A stretch of DNA of 64,000 nucleotides from Gekko japonicus (Eukaryota): NCBI RefSeq assembly GCF_001447785.1, contig NW_015164247.1, positions 92,600-156,599 of the forward strand, in the 5' to 3' direction. The position numbers and the translations under genes are program-made. The notes beneath the pieces are model-generated. The model searched no databases and was not told where the DNA came from. It was given only the letters and a program-made list of their open reading frames with translations. How positions within the stretch are numbered: position 1 is the first letter of the stretch; every line of letters begins with the position of its first letter. This document shows, in pieces, positions 51,681-64,000 of the stretch.

Positions 51681-53298
51681 TCTCTCCTATATTATAAAAG
51701 GGTTTTGGGTGCCAGAATTCTAAAATGCACTCCTTTAGTGTTAGGCCGAAAAAACTGCCACTCGGAAGACACTGGCTGGGTTCATTGGCTGCTTTGTGCA
51801 GCCCCGCCCAGCGTTCCAAGGTCATTTACATATGGAAGCTGATTGGACTACACTCCATTCCACACCTCAAACTCACCCCTCCCCCGCAAGGCAGTTGGAA
51901 TTTTCAGTTGGGAGAGGAGAATGATGTCAGCTGCTCCCTAGGCAGAGGCTGTGGGGGGGGTGGTGGTTGTAAAACTTAAGACAGACAGGCAGATACGGTT
52001 GCCAACTCCAGGTTGGAAACTTCCAGGATATTTTAGGGATGAAGCCTGCTGAGGGTGGAATCTGAGGAGGAGGAGGAAGAGGGGGACCTCAGACAGATAC
52101 AATGCCATACTGCCCACACTCCAGACAAGCTGTTGCCAGTCTCCAGGTGACAGCTGGAGAGATCTTAAAGCTTTGGTGCTACTTCAAAGTTCCCCAGGAG
52201 CCCAAAACAGAGTAGTGTTTTGGAAAATCTTGAGGAATTGTTTGGTGCATTTACGATGGGGCTCCTGGGGAACTATTGTTGCCAATCTTGGCCCAGCAGC
52301 CATCAAACCATTCTCTTCAACCCCCTGCTGTGCAGCTGACTTCCCCCTAGGGTTGCCAATCTCCAGGTGGGACCTGGAGATCTCCCACTGTTACAATTGA
52401 TCTCCAGATGACAGAGATCAGTTCCCCTGGAGAAAATGGATGCTTTGGAGGGTAGACCCTATGACATTATACCTGCTGAGTCCTTCCGCCCCCCCCCCGC
52501 CCAATGCTGCCCTCTACAGAATCCACCCCCCAAACCTCCAGGTATTTCCCTCCTTAGAGCTGGCAACCCTACATTCCCCTCAGTGCCTGTTGGGAGTGGG
52601 TGGTGGGGGAGGGGAAGGGAGCTTTGGGAGAAAACACATTGGGGCCAGTCCTGATAGGGTTGCCAACTCCAGATGGGAAATTCCTGGAGACTTGAGGGAT
52701 GGAGCCTGAAGAGGGTGACGTTTGAGGAGGGGTGGGACCTCAGACAGGTACACTGCCATAGACTCCACCCTCCAAACCAGTCAGTCCCACATAGGGAACC
52801 ATTGTTGCCAATCTCCAGGTGAGGGCTGGAGAGCACTCAGAATTACAACTGCTCTGCAGAAGGGAGGGCAGAAGTCAGCTGAAGTCAAAGGGGCAGATAA
52901 TGATAGGTTGATGGCTAGCTGGGAAGGAGATGGGGTTGCCAACTACATGCTGACAAATTCTTAGGGATTTGAGGGGTGGAGCCTGGAGAGGGTGGGGTTT
53001 GCAGAGGGGTGGGACCTCAGACAGGTAGAATGCCATAGACTCCACCCTCCAAACCAGCCATTTTGTCCTGGGTAACAATTGCTGCCAATCTCCAGGTGAG
53101 GGCTACAGATCACTCACAATTACAACTGCTCTTCAGGTAGCAGAGATCAGTTCCTCTGGGGAAAACAGTGGACTCTGTCATTATACCCTGCTGAGGTCAC
53201 CACAGCAAATTGACACTGTTTGCCCAAAGCCAGAGCACTGCCCCAGAGCCTCTTTCTAGATCCCGTTGTATTGCTTTCACAACGGGCTTTACTGCTAG
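51681..53298 (+). mobile_element. Non-autonomous Helitron (1.6 kb) carrying gggttgccaa-type MITE modules
   Basis: A|TCTCTCCTATATTATAAA start; hairpin cccgttgt/acaacggg at 53262-53286; CTAG|T end; no TSD. Confidence 0.85.
52348..52571. mobile_element. MITE with TAGGGTTGCCA TIRs nested in the Helitron
   Basis: tagggttgcca...tggcaacccta; imperfect flanking duplication cttccccc/cattcccc. Confidence 0.75.
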
Positions 53299-53429
53299 TT
53301 ACTATATAAAGCGAATAATGACCCAATGCTGCCACAATCATATAGACCTATTTCATTGTTGAATGTGGACTACCTTTTTGCCTCAATCATGGCTGATAGT
53401 AATTCATCCTGGTCAGACTGGTTACATCC

Positions 53430-54010
53430 AAAGTCATTCATCCTGATCAGACTGGTTTTGTACAAAAAAGACATATGAAAGACAATGTTCGTTTTGTTGT
53501 TGATGCAACAGAACATGTTAAACACAAGGGCAAAAATGCAGCCTTTTTGTTCTTAGATGATGAAAAAGCCTTTGATAATGTATCTTGGACTTTTCTACAA
53601 AAAACATTGCAATATTTCAAATGTGGTTCCAGATTTTTGAATTGGATAAAGAACATCTACACCAAACAACATGCAGAAATTTTAATCAACGGGGGCTTGA
53701 CAAATGGATTTAGAATAGTAAAATGAACCCGTCAAGGATATCCACTCTCTCCACTTCTCTTCATTCTTGTGATGGAAATATTTGCTTCTAAAATAAGACA
53801 AGATCCCAAAATTGAAGGATTAAAAGTAGAAGAGGAGTTTAAACTAAAGAGTTATGCAGGTGAGGTGGTCCTTACAATTTCGAATCCCCCACTATCTCTC
53901 CAACATGTAATAGAGCAAATCGACAAGTTTGGATCCTTTTCAGGTTATAAAATAAACAGGAAGAAAACCAAGACTATTTAAAAATTCTCAACTATTCAAG
54001 AAAAGGAACA
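53430..54010 (+). mobile_element. L1-clade reverse transcriptase fragment
   Basis: IHPDQTGFV..FLDDEKAFDNVSW..TRQGYPLSPLLFILVME..FGSFSGYKINRKKT. Confidence 0.88.
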
Positions 54011-56931
54011 GATTAAAGACTTTTAAATGAACAAAATAGTTTGTTGCCAGAAGACTCTTCAGTGCTTCCACGTAGCCTATCTGATAAAGCCTTACAAGAA
54101 ATCATGATCACTGCTGTCTAGACTTTGATACTAAAACACATTATATTCTCAGAGACTGGACCTACAGACAGACAAGATAGGTCTTTCTACAAACCTGAAA
54201 AATGCTCCCAAGTTTGCAGAAAAATCTGAAACCTTTTTTAAAAATTGGGAAGTTAAAGCAGCATGTATAACTTTAAGAAACGAATGTACTGAGTAGCTGT
54301 TGCTAGGCAACCACAACAGTATTAACAGCCTTCAAGCCTTGGTTTCTATCAGTAAAAGGCAGGGGACGAGGCAGGGAAGTCTTTTGGAACTACAAAATGG
54401 AGAAGCCCTCACCTTAGAAAAACTCTGGAAATATGAACTCTGTCTTAATTGGAAGACTATGAAAAAGTACTTTTGAGATCTCAAGATTCACTGCGTTATA
54501 TTTTTGTTACAATTTGATGGAATATTGAAAAGCAATCGACAATACAATTCACAGAAGTTATTAGCATTTAATCCTGTTAGCCACCTTGAGCCAGCATGTC
54601 CGGCAATGCGGGATACAAATAGAAACAATAAATAAATAAAATACACGTTTCTACATAACAAGCAAAACTGAAGGTAGACATTAAAAACTCATAAGTATAA
54701 TTTACAACAAAAACATTACTTCCTTGAACTGGCAAAATTTATTTATACTCCGCTTGTCTCACTGAATTATTATAGCCCATGTGTCTCGGAAAATCAATCT
54801 TATGTATTACACACAGGCTGGCCACTCCAGTTGGGGGGCCTTGAGCGGATCCGGCTGCCGCTGCTGGCCAAGCTGTGACTGGATGATGGACGCACCAGCA
54901 GGGCCGGCTTGTCCGCTAGGCGAACTAGGCCGTCGCCTAGAGCGCGAGCCGGCCGGAAGGGCGCGGGAGGAGAGCCAGGGGCGCCGACGAGCCTGGCCAG
55001 CAGCCTTCAGATCCCCTCGCTCTGGAAACCTTCGAGGAGGTTGGGGTGCCCCCTCCGCAGACAGGGTGGCTCCCTTATGTCCTCAAGGTCAATGGGTCTG
55101 CCGCCACAGGGCAGGCCTGTAATGGTGGCCTGAAAGCTGCACATGTGCTGCTTCATATTGTGCAGGAGCACCTGGATGTAGGCCACCTCTGTTTCCAGGA
55201 ACATGGTTGTCAGTGTCATGTCAGTGTGGCTCTTGTTACTGCCAGACACAGCTCCACCACTGCTCACCACCTGGTCACAGCCCTGAAGAAAGAGGATATC
55301 AGGGCCACTGCAGGCCTACTGACTCCAATGTGTGACCTCTCCACAGGTCTCCGGCTGGCTGCACCCCTACTGCCCACTTTATGCTTGAAAGACAGAAGGA
55401 TGAAAGTAAGGTTGCCTGAGGTGTGGGGCCTGGACATGGGTCCACATGTGGCATAAGCAGACTTTGCCAACATATGCATTGCTTTCCATCACTCCCTCCC
55501 CAAGCTCCATTGTCCTGACTTTTTCCACAAGCATCCTGGAGCACTTTTGTGACCTCAACTCAGCCCTTCATGAAGTGCCACGGACCTTAGGCACCAGGGA
55601 CTCTTGGCCGAGGTGTCAAAGCATGTGGATTCCATGTCCTTGGATGGGGGTGGGGTCAGGACCTCAGAGAACTGGGGATATGGCGGGTTTATGAGGTTCT
55701 GCCATGTCCCAGGCTGGGCCCAGGTGCTGAAGCCAATGCAGTCCTTGGTGGGACTGCAGAATGGAAGCTGCTGCTTGGCCCCCAGGAGCAGGGTTCATGG
55801 CCTGCACAACGCATCCCTCCACCTTATCCATTGAGAGGGAGAGGCTGGAAACTAGGTGTGAGGTGAGGGATGCTGTGTCCTGGGGTCAACAGTACTTGGA
55901 CATAATTCTAGAAGATCCGTGCCCTGGGGTCAACAGTACTTGGACATACTTCTTGCTTGGACATACTTCTTGCTTGTTATGTGCAGTCCTGCTGTGGGAC
56001 CATTTTCCCAGTCCCTAGCTTGTGTGGTCTCCTCTTAGGGAATGCTTCAGTGATGCAGCTGTTGTGCTAGTGGCTGGCTGCCTCCACCATAGTTGCCCTC
56101 AGGATTAGGCTGTCATCTCTCCCTTATATTATAAAGCAGTAGTGGGGACCAACATTCCAAATGCACACCTTTAGTGTATGGACGCTTGAACTGTCAGTCA
56201 GAAGACGCTGGCTGGGTTGACTGGCTGGGTTGACTGGACTTCACTCCATTCCACACCTCAAACTCCCCCCCCGCAAGGCAGTTGGAATGTCAGTTGCATA
56301 TGGAACCTACTGTATTCTGGTGGTGTGCAGATCCCAGGTTCACACACTTTCAACCTTAACATACCTCATAGGGTAGTTGTGCGGATCATACGGGGAGAGA
56401 GGAGAATGATGTCAGCTGCTTTGGTTCACACTGCAGGGAAAGACTGCCCTTTCCCTAGGCAGAGGCTGGGGGGGGGGGATGTAAACCTGAAGACAGACAG
56501 GCAGATAAAGGTAGGCTGATGGTTGCCTGGAAAGGACATAGGGTTGCCAACTCCAGGTTGGAAACTTCCAGGATATTTTAGGGATGAAGCCTGCTGAGGG
56601 TGGGGTCTGAGGAGGAGGAGGAAGAAGAGGAAGAGGAGGACCTCAGACAGATACAATGCCATACTCCCCACTCTCCAAACAAGCTGTTGCCAGTCTCCAG
56701 GTGACAGCTGCAGAGCTCTTAAAGCTCTGGTGCTAATTCAAAGTGCTGCAATTTATCGACAGAGTAGTGTTTTGGAAAATCTTTAGGAATTGTTTGGTGC
56801 ATTTACGATGGGGCACCCACCCAGAGCCTCTGGCATTTTCTCACTCTGCTGGCATCAAAACCAATTTAAGGCAAAATAGAGATATGGAGGCTTTTCCATT
56901 CTCCTTTGCATCAATTTGTCTTTGTTGGCAA

Positions 56932-57584
56932 NNNNNNNNNNNNNNNNNNNNNNNNNNNNNNNNNNNNNNNNNNNNNNNNNNNNNNNNNNNNNNNNNNNNN
57001 NNNNNNNNNNNNNNNNNNNNNNNNNNNNNNNNNNNNNNNNNNNNNNNNNNNNNNNNNNNNNNNNNNNNNNNNNNNNNNNNNNNNNNNNNNNNNNNNNNNN
57101 NNNNNNNNNNNNNNNNNNNNNNNNNNNNNNNNNNNNNNNNNNNNNNNNNNNNNNNNNNNNNNNNNNNNNNNNNNNNNNNNNNNNNNNNNNNNNNNNNNNN
57201 NNNNNNNNNNNNNNNNNNNNNNNNNNNNNNNNNNNNNNNNNNNNNNNNNNNNNNNNNNNNNNNNNNNNNNNNNNNNNNNNNNNNNNNNNNNNNNNNNNNN
57301 NNNNNNNNNNNNNNNNNNNNNNNNNNNNNNNNNNNNNNNNNNNNNNNNNNNNNNNNNNNNNNNNNNNNNNNNNNNNNNNNNNNNNNNNNNNNNNNNNNNN
57401 NNNNNNNNNNNNNNNNNNNNNNNNNNNNNNNNNNNNNNNNNNNNNNNNNNNNNNNNNNNNNNNNNNNNNNNNNNNNNNNNNNNNNNNNNNNNNNNNNNNN
57501 NNNNNNNNNNNNNNNNNNNNNNNNNNNNNNNNNNNNNNNNNNNNNNNNNNNNNNNNNNNNNNNNNNNNNNNNNNNNNNNNNNNN
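56932..57584. other. Assembly gap (653 N)
   Basis: Run of n. Confidence 1.
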
Positions 57585-57622
57585 TAACTCTGCTGCAGAA
57601 TGGGTGTAAATCAAAGCACATG

Positions 57623-57753
57623 TAAAGGTAAAGGTTTCCCTTGCTCGCAAGCCAGTCGAATCCAACTCTAGGGTTGTGGTGCTCATCTCCGTTTCAGAGC
57701 CGAAGAGCCAGCGCTGTCCGAAGATGTTTCCGTGGTCATGTGGCCGGCATGAC
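57623..57753 (-). mobile_element. Sauria SINE 3' fragment
   Basis: (ACCTTT)n tail on the minus strand; gtggtcatgtggccggcatgact body motif. Confidence 0.75.
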
Positions 57754-59089
57754 TGTTCCTGGGGATTTGAGGGGTGAAGCCTGGAGAGGGTGGGGTTTGC
57801 GGAGGGGTGGGACCTCAGACAGGTAGACTGCCATAGACTCCACCCTCCAAACCAGCCATTTCGTCCTGGGTAACAATTGTTGCCAATCTCCGGGTGAGGG
57901 CTACAGATCACTCAAAATTACAACTGCTCTTCAGGTAGCAGAGATCAGTTCCTCTGAAGAAAACAGTGGACTCTGTCATTATACCCTGCTGAGGTCACCA
58001 CAGCAAATTGACACTGTTTGCCCAAAGCCAGAGCACTCCCCCAGAGCCTCTTTCTAGATCCCGTTGTATTTATTTCCACAACGGGCTTTATTCCTAGTTC
58101 TGAATAATACAAACAGCTAGCAAACTGATCTATATTTTCAATTCTCACTATGTTAGATAGTACCCACCAAACTGAAACGTTGGGGTGGTGACCTAACCAA
58201 AAATTATCATTCAGTAGATACAATACCTGTATGTCAACATACCTATATGTCTACATAAAACAGACAAGAAATAATATGAATTTCAATTTAGTGAGGAAAC
58301 ATATTTACTTTGCATTACAAGTCTCTGGAAACTAGATGAAATTGAAGACTATGAGGCTGTAATTCAGACTGCACATTTATTTACTGTATTTACAGTTCAG
58401 CTTTCAAACTGAGACACAAAGAGGATTACACAGTGTAAATCAACAATATCCATACAAAGAGGCATCTAATAAGCACAGTGCAGGTCAATATGAGATCCAT
58501 AGTGATATTTATTACATTGCTTATCTTTGCTAGGAGCATGATATTAGAGGGAAAGATGTTCTATTTTAATTTATGGTAGATGAATTTATTATTTTGAAAG
58601 TTTAAAAACAAAGCTTTTGTTTATTTCAGATCTTGGAGGCCAGAACTGCCAAAATCTGTTTATTAGCATCTGGTCTCTTTCTATGAACTGTGTTGACACT
58701 GAACATCAAAGCCATCTATCACTGCACATTACTTTAGTTATGAAATAATAATATGAACCTTTTCAGACGTCAGTGTTATTGGTTATTTTACAAGACACCA
58801 GCAGCTAACATAAATTACATGTTAACATTTATTTCAGGATTAACATAATGCTGTCTTATAGCTAAATTATTACACTCTTTTTTAGTTTGTTTCAGTCAGA
58901 CAAATACTAGCTGTATTTGTAGTTTTAGGTTGTTGGGCAGGCAGCACTTTTCCTGAGTTAACATAAAGTTATATTTAAAGCTATGCAACACGCCACCACC
59001 ACAATGCAATTTCAGCAAAGCTCCTCAAAAGCAGAATGATCTGCCGACACATGACAATAAAGGCAAGAGCAGCACCACAGGTGTTCTGT

Positions 59090-59408
59090 TTTTCTTGAAC
59101 AGCTAAGCAAGTCCTGAACAGCTGCCTCGAGAAGGTAATGGGATGGATGAGGGATAATAAACTGAAGCTCAATCTAAACTGAGAGACAGCTGGGCCAGTG
59201 GCAAAGCTGCTCCAACACTGTTTTAACCTGTCCTGGAAAGGGGCTGCATTCTCCCTGACGGAGCATTTTCATAACCTGTGGATGCTACTGGATCCTGGCC
59301 TATGTTTGGATCCATGGTATGTAGAGTTTTCATAAGCTCTGGCTGATATGCCAGCTACAGCCATGGTGAATCATGCCCTAATCACATCCAAGTTCAATCA
59401 CTGTAATC
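59090..59408 (+). mobile_element. Old L2 RT remnant
   Basis: WMRDNKLKLNL and VNHALITSKFNHCN-like stretches. Confidence 0.6.
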
Positions 59409-59409
59409 T

Positions 59410-59850
59410 ATATACTAATAGCGAAAGGCGCCCCCTGTGTGCGGATATCTAAATCCACACATCGGGGGCGCCTGGGGGGAAGGCAGATTTTCCTGCACAC
59501 TCGGGGCAGTCCCCAGGTGTGCACAAAAATCTGAAAAGTGTAAAAAAATATCGGAGGGATATTTAAATCCCCTCAAAATACAAGAGCGTCCCCTGCGCAT
59601 GCGCAGGGAACGCTCTGCGAACTGCCTTGCGGGGGGAGGAGGCAGGGGAGGCCAGCGAGCCGGGGGTGGTGGTGGAGGAGACGGGGGACCGGCGGGATGG
59701 GGGAAAGCTTACCTGCTGCTTCCTCCTCCGCCTGCTCTGTGTGGAGCTCCCCCGCTCCTCCCCCCGCGATTTTCGTGGGTCCCCTTTCTTGTGCTCTCTA
59801 ACTTCCAGAAGAAATCCTGCAAACTCCTGTCTTTGTTAATCTTTATATAC
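59410..59850. mobile_element. Unclassified CpG-rich, palindrome-rich insertion
   Basis: Long hairpin 59425-59473, palindrome 59583-59616, sharp GC contrast with the flanks. Confidence 0.5.
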
Positions 59851-60632
59851 TGCATTCTTAATATGCTATCTCTATTATTGCTACAACATTACAAACATAT
59901 AAATTGGGCTAAAAAATTGTTTCTAAACATTTGACTAGGATTTCCAGAACTTACAGCATAGTCTTTACAAATAATAAAAAAATGAAAACAACCCTTGTGC
60001 AACATACACCACGGTAAGTAGTTAAAGAGTTGGCTACTGTATTGGGAACCTCTGAATTAATTTACTGTGTGACCTAGAGCAAACAATTCTTCAAAATGAA
60101 AATAATATACAACCAGAAAAAGACAAAGACAGAATCCTAAAGGATTTCTGCATAACTATTCCTCCCAGAGTTACTTTCACAAAGTACTTCTTAGGATTTG
60201 TATTCCATTTTAATTACATTTGAGATTAAGGAACAGTTGGACAAGAAAGCACAGTTTAATTATAACTAAGTAGTATTGATATTATAACTATGGGCAGGAT
60301 TCATAGTACTATTCCATTTATTCTCGGGGCCTTTGGTATGTTTTCTTTGAAGAGCAGACCCTCGTTCCATATCAGAAACTGATTTCACAAGCGCCCTTGG
60401 TTTGAAAACTGGTTTTCTAGGCAGCACAATGAGAGCTGCTGTTTGAAATATTACCTCATAACCTCTTGGTTACATAAACTAGTTGTACTGTTATTTAGAT
60501 GCCAAAATGCAGACACCCTATATCTGTATATACTAAATAAATAAATAAAAATACTGGTACAGCAAAGGGTCTTCCAAGTAAGGCTCTATGGCCATACTTA
60601 AGAGCATCATGCACAGAAGTAGCAAAACTCAC

Positions 60633-60820
60633 CCTAAAATTCGGTTCATTCCATGCCTAGCAGCATAGTGTAATGGAGTGTTGTGCTGGTAAGGCTCTCC
60701 GTAAGAAATATTGGGATCCAGAGATTCTTTCAGCTGAGGATTACTCTCATATATTTGGCAGGCCAAATTTTCATCTCCATTTATAAGTGCTTTGCGAAAT
60801 TTCGTAGTTGTATTTCCCAT
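60633..60820 (-). CDS. ANKIB1: ANKIB1 coding exon 1 (188 nt; MGNTTTKF...MNRILG); exon probably extends as 5'UTR to an acceptor at 60897
   Basis: ATG at 60820; donor GG|GTGAGT; upstream ttttttccAG acceptor; ankyrin motif NTPLHYAA. Confidence 0.97.
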
Positions 60821-60857
60821 GTTGTCTTCAATAAAGTGATGCTTCTTCTGTATCCCT

Positions 60858-60887
60858 TTAAGTACTTGTTGTGTATTTCAGCAACAT
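60858..60887 (-). promoter_or_regulatory. Upstream ORF (MLLKYTTST*) in the ANKIB1 5'UTR
   Basis: ATG at 60887 and TAA ending 60858, between the acceptor at 60897 and the main ATG at 60820. Confidence 0.6.
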
Positions 60888-63800
60888 AGTTTAGGTTCTG
60901 GAAAAAACAAACAGTATTTCCAATGCAAATAGATTCTGTATTGTATTCCCCTCAAAAAATGACAAAATTGAAATCAAAATGTAAAATGTTTCACTGTAAA
61001 CTTTATATTATCAGTAAGGAATTCCTGTAGTTATCTAGCTCTACAAAGTTTAACTTTTGCTCTGTTAAACTATAACATCTTTCCTACATAAACATGGTAA
61101 AACTGTTTCCAAACACACACTTTGGACTCTAACCATTGGAAAAAATAAGAATAGAATACTTCCTCATACAAGAATGCAAGACAAATCACAAACCGTAGCA
61201 TTTTTAAATTCAAAGTTCAGCAAAACAAAAATAATGTTTAAAAACTCTGGAATTATAGTTAGAGGGCAAAGAATAGTTCACACAATTTTCACATAAGACA
61301 TAACAGTATATATTCTAAAGAAGCTTAACAATTTCACTCTTGCACAAGAAAAAAACATAGAAATGGTAAAGTAGGACACCTTTCTCCCTAAGTTAGTAAC
61401 TAAGTAAGCAGTAACTACATTTTATAACCTTACCTACTGTGCTCACTTACAATTTAGCCTCCAAAAATAAACAGGAATCCTGATATACCTTAAAGACTAA
61501 GAAAATTTTATTCCAGCATAAGTTTCATGAACTTGAGCCCACTCCTTCATATGCTATGAGTGGATTTTCACTATGTAGTCATTTTACTGAGGAAGTTGGG
61601 GGGGGGGGGAACCTCAACAGACATCATGGTCAAGAGACCACAGAATGCAAGAAGCACAATGTAATGATGTAAAATACAAACCTAATCAGGAAAAAATAGA
61701 GAGACCATTCACTAACTATGCAAAACTTGTTAGCACATATGATTGGTGGGGAGTCACAGATAGTTATCGTTAATTCCAGAGTTACAGGGCTGCACTGTGG
61801 AAGCAGAAAGGACCACCAACTTCCTCTTCTGCAAGCACTGCTCTGCTGACAGAAGGGGAACAGTTACGCAGCACCCTGACCCATACGATTACTAGTAACT
61901 GTGGGGCCAACAACCTTGGAAATCAATTTTCCTGGGTTCAGTATAGGGCACTGGGAAGAGGAGAACATGGAAACGATCCACATCAGTCAGGGCAATCCAA
62001 CAACAAGGTTAACATGAGGATCACTAAAAACCTGCCTTACTGGCTTAATGTAAAGAGTACTGCACTCTCAACATTTTTTAACACAGTACATACAGTACCT
62101 GTTACAGAGTGAAGTTATTTTTTCTTTGCCACTCCCTCAAATGGCTCATGCAAATACATTGATCCCCCCCCAACCACGGTAATACATTGGTTCTGTACCC
62201 GTATCGTTTACACAGCAGGGGACAAGAGTAAATAATATCTTATGACAATCCTGGAATACAGTCTGCTGTTTGCACAGAATGCAAATCAAGTGAATCACAG
62301 CAGACATCTCAAAATGGATGCAAAGGAGATTACTTAAGAAAGTGAGCCATGCCACATTGCAAGTGAAGGAACAAGATAGAATATACAGACAAAAATTAAC
62401 CATGTGAAATGTTTAAATATTTTTGCAGACAGACAAAGGGAGAGATTAGTTGATGGATGTGAACTGTTTTTCTTGCACAGCAGTACCTTGGCGTGCACTC
62501 TCTCTCACTGCACACATTAACCTCTCTTTCCCAAACACACACTACACAGATAGCAACACTCTTCCCTTGTTCCCACAGTCATATGACACACCCACACATT
62601 TATCTCCCTTCCCATGCCTTCACTCAAATATACCGACAGCTGCACCCTCCCTTCCCTGTCACACATAGCATCAGTGACACCAGTATCCATCCTTACTTCT
62701 TCGTCAAACACACAATCTTCTTCCCCTCTCCTTCACCTACTGGCTCCTGAAAGGACACTCGGTCTGGAGATGCCTCTCTCCCCCTTTTAGGACAAGGCTC
62801 CACCCTGTAAAGTTCAACCTGCCAGTCACACACGTGCTGCATTAGACAGAACTTCCCCTTTTGATTTCTAACCTCAGAAACAGCTGCACAGGAAAGCCAA
62901 TACCTTTCCACTTAAAATGACGTTCTGGACCTCATAACTTTAGAGATACACAGCAGATTTTCACCAAACCAATGAGAGGTAGACCACTACAGTGTCACTG
63001 AATTCCGATTATAATCTAAATCAGTAAACAGAGAAACTTAAGGAAAGAACAGTTGCAAACAAGGAAACATTTGCTATAATTCAGCCATTTACCAAAACCT
63101 TTTAAAAAACAAAATCTGTCCAATTATACCCCTCCCCAGGCAACTCTTTTGTACCAAATTTGATACTGATAGGACATATTCATTATAAGCAATAGAATAT
63201 TCAGGCTGTGTAATGACAGGACATTAGAAAAACCAGCTGGCTTCATTAATACAGCTGCTCTTCCAGCTGCATAATTAATGTAAATAATGTATTTCAACAA
63301 GAGTGAGAGCTCCTTAATGCAATCACTTGACAAGTGATGGTTTTATTAATTTCTATTTCATGCTTAGAAGCATGACATTTCAGAAAAAGTAATATCATGC
63401 TGTGCCAAATTTTCATGAGCAAACATTCCAAGACCAACAAAGCAGCTTTTGCGAGCTTTGAAATGTTCTCTAAGAGTCAACATAAAGCCACATCATAGTA
63501 AAGGCAGAATGTATTGTCCTCAGTCTGAAATTCTCCATAGGCCTCTTGACGACTTCACAGCAAATATAGCTACATGATGAACAGAAATCATGAAAACAAA
63601 TCTGAATGAGAGCAATGCTTCTTATCTTCACTCTTCACTGTAATACAACCCTTAGAATTATCAGAATACTTCCGAACCAGGCCCATAGGTAGGATTTGGG
63701 GGCGGGGCTTTAAAATTTTTAAGGGGGCTTGGGTCTAATGTCCTCCTTACACATACAAAGCTCACGAGGCATAAAAACCCACCCTCCAGTCCTTGCTCCA

Positions 63801-64000
63801 ATGAACACCAAGCTTCACTGAGACTTGGGCTGCGAGGCGGGGAAGGATGTAAGGAGGGCTGTGGCATGTCATGCAGGATCAGGGTGCAGTGGTCATTTCC
63901 CTGGGATGCTGCAGGGGTGCAGAGCCAAGAGGATGCATGCTCTTCCAAGCTCTCCTGCTTCTCCTCCTCCGTGCTTGCCTTGCAAGACCAGCCGTCCTCC

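Larger units (their letters stand above)
56116..58097 (+). mobile_element. Second copy of the non-autonomous Helitron (spans the assembly gap)
   Basis: A|TCTCTCCCTTATATTATAAA start; same hairpin at 58060-58085; CTAG|T; 3' part of about 340 bp nearly identical to the 51681-53298 copy. Confidence 0.85.
1..60897 (-). other. ANKIB1: ANKIB1 gene span (ankyrin repeats, RING1-IBR-RING2, Ariadne-like region, start of UIM); 3' end and any non-coding first exon lie outside the window
   Basis: 19 exons splice in frame to [24 protein letters not shown]...DEDDPNILLAIQL, matching vertebrate ANKIB1 as I recall it; all junctions GT-AG. Confidence 0.98.

Noticed and set aside
54781-56100. Cluster of GC-rich ORFs as a nested gene or retrogene
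   Set aside because: No recognisable protein, frames inconsistent, contains MITE-like ends and small tandem duplications; likely decayed repeat
56743-57911. ORFs of 223-356 aa in the ORF track
   Set aside because: Artefacts of translating through the N gap
63660-64000. ANKIB1 promoter or non-coding first exon
   Set aside because: Only mildly GC-rich with few CpGs and no convincing donor; the promoter is probably beyond the window

Overview
Vertebrate (squamate reptile, most likely gecko, judged from the SINE/MITE repertoire) genomic DNA. The whole window lies inside one minus-strand gene, ANKIB1 (ankyrin repeat and IBR domain-containing RBR E3 ubiquitin ligase). I traced 19 coding exons by hand: ATG at 60820, last exon running off the window at position 1, all introns GT-AG with consistent phases, about 862 codons in the window. 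Most ORF-track entries are spurious or transposon remnants. The introns contain two decayed DIRS1-type retrotransposons, three non-autonomous Helitrons, a SPIN MITE, four hAT MITEs with 8-bp TSDs, CR1/L2/L1/RTE fragments, tRNA- and 5S-derived SINEs and two assembly gaps. I found no new protein-coding system. The best candidates for undescribed biology are an 81-nt pre-miRNA-like intronic hairpin, motif-loaded hAT MITEs next to splice donors, an inverted MITE pair bracketing four exons, composite Helitrons carrying MITE modules, a palindrome-rich CpG-rich insertion in the intron after the first coding exon, a uORF, and a tiny polyadenylated retrocopy. Family names come from my recollection of consensus sequences, not from a database search.
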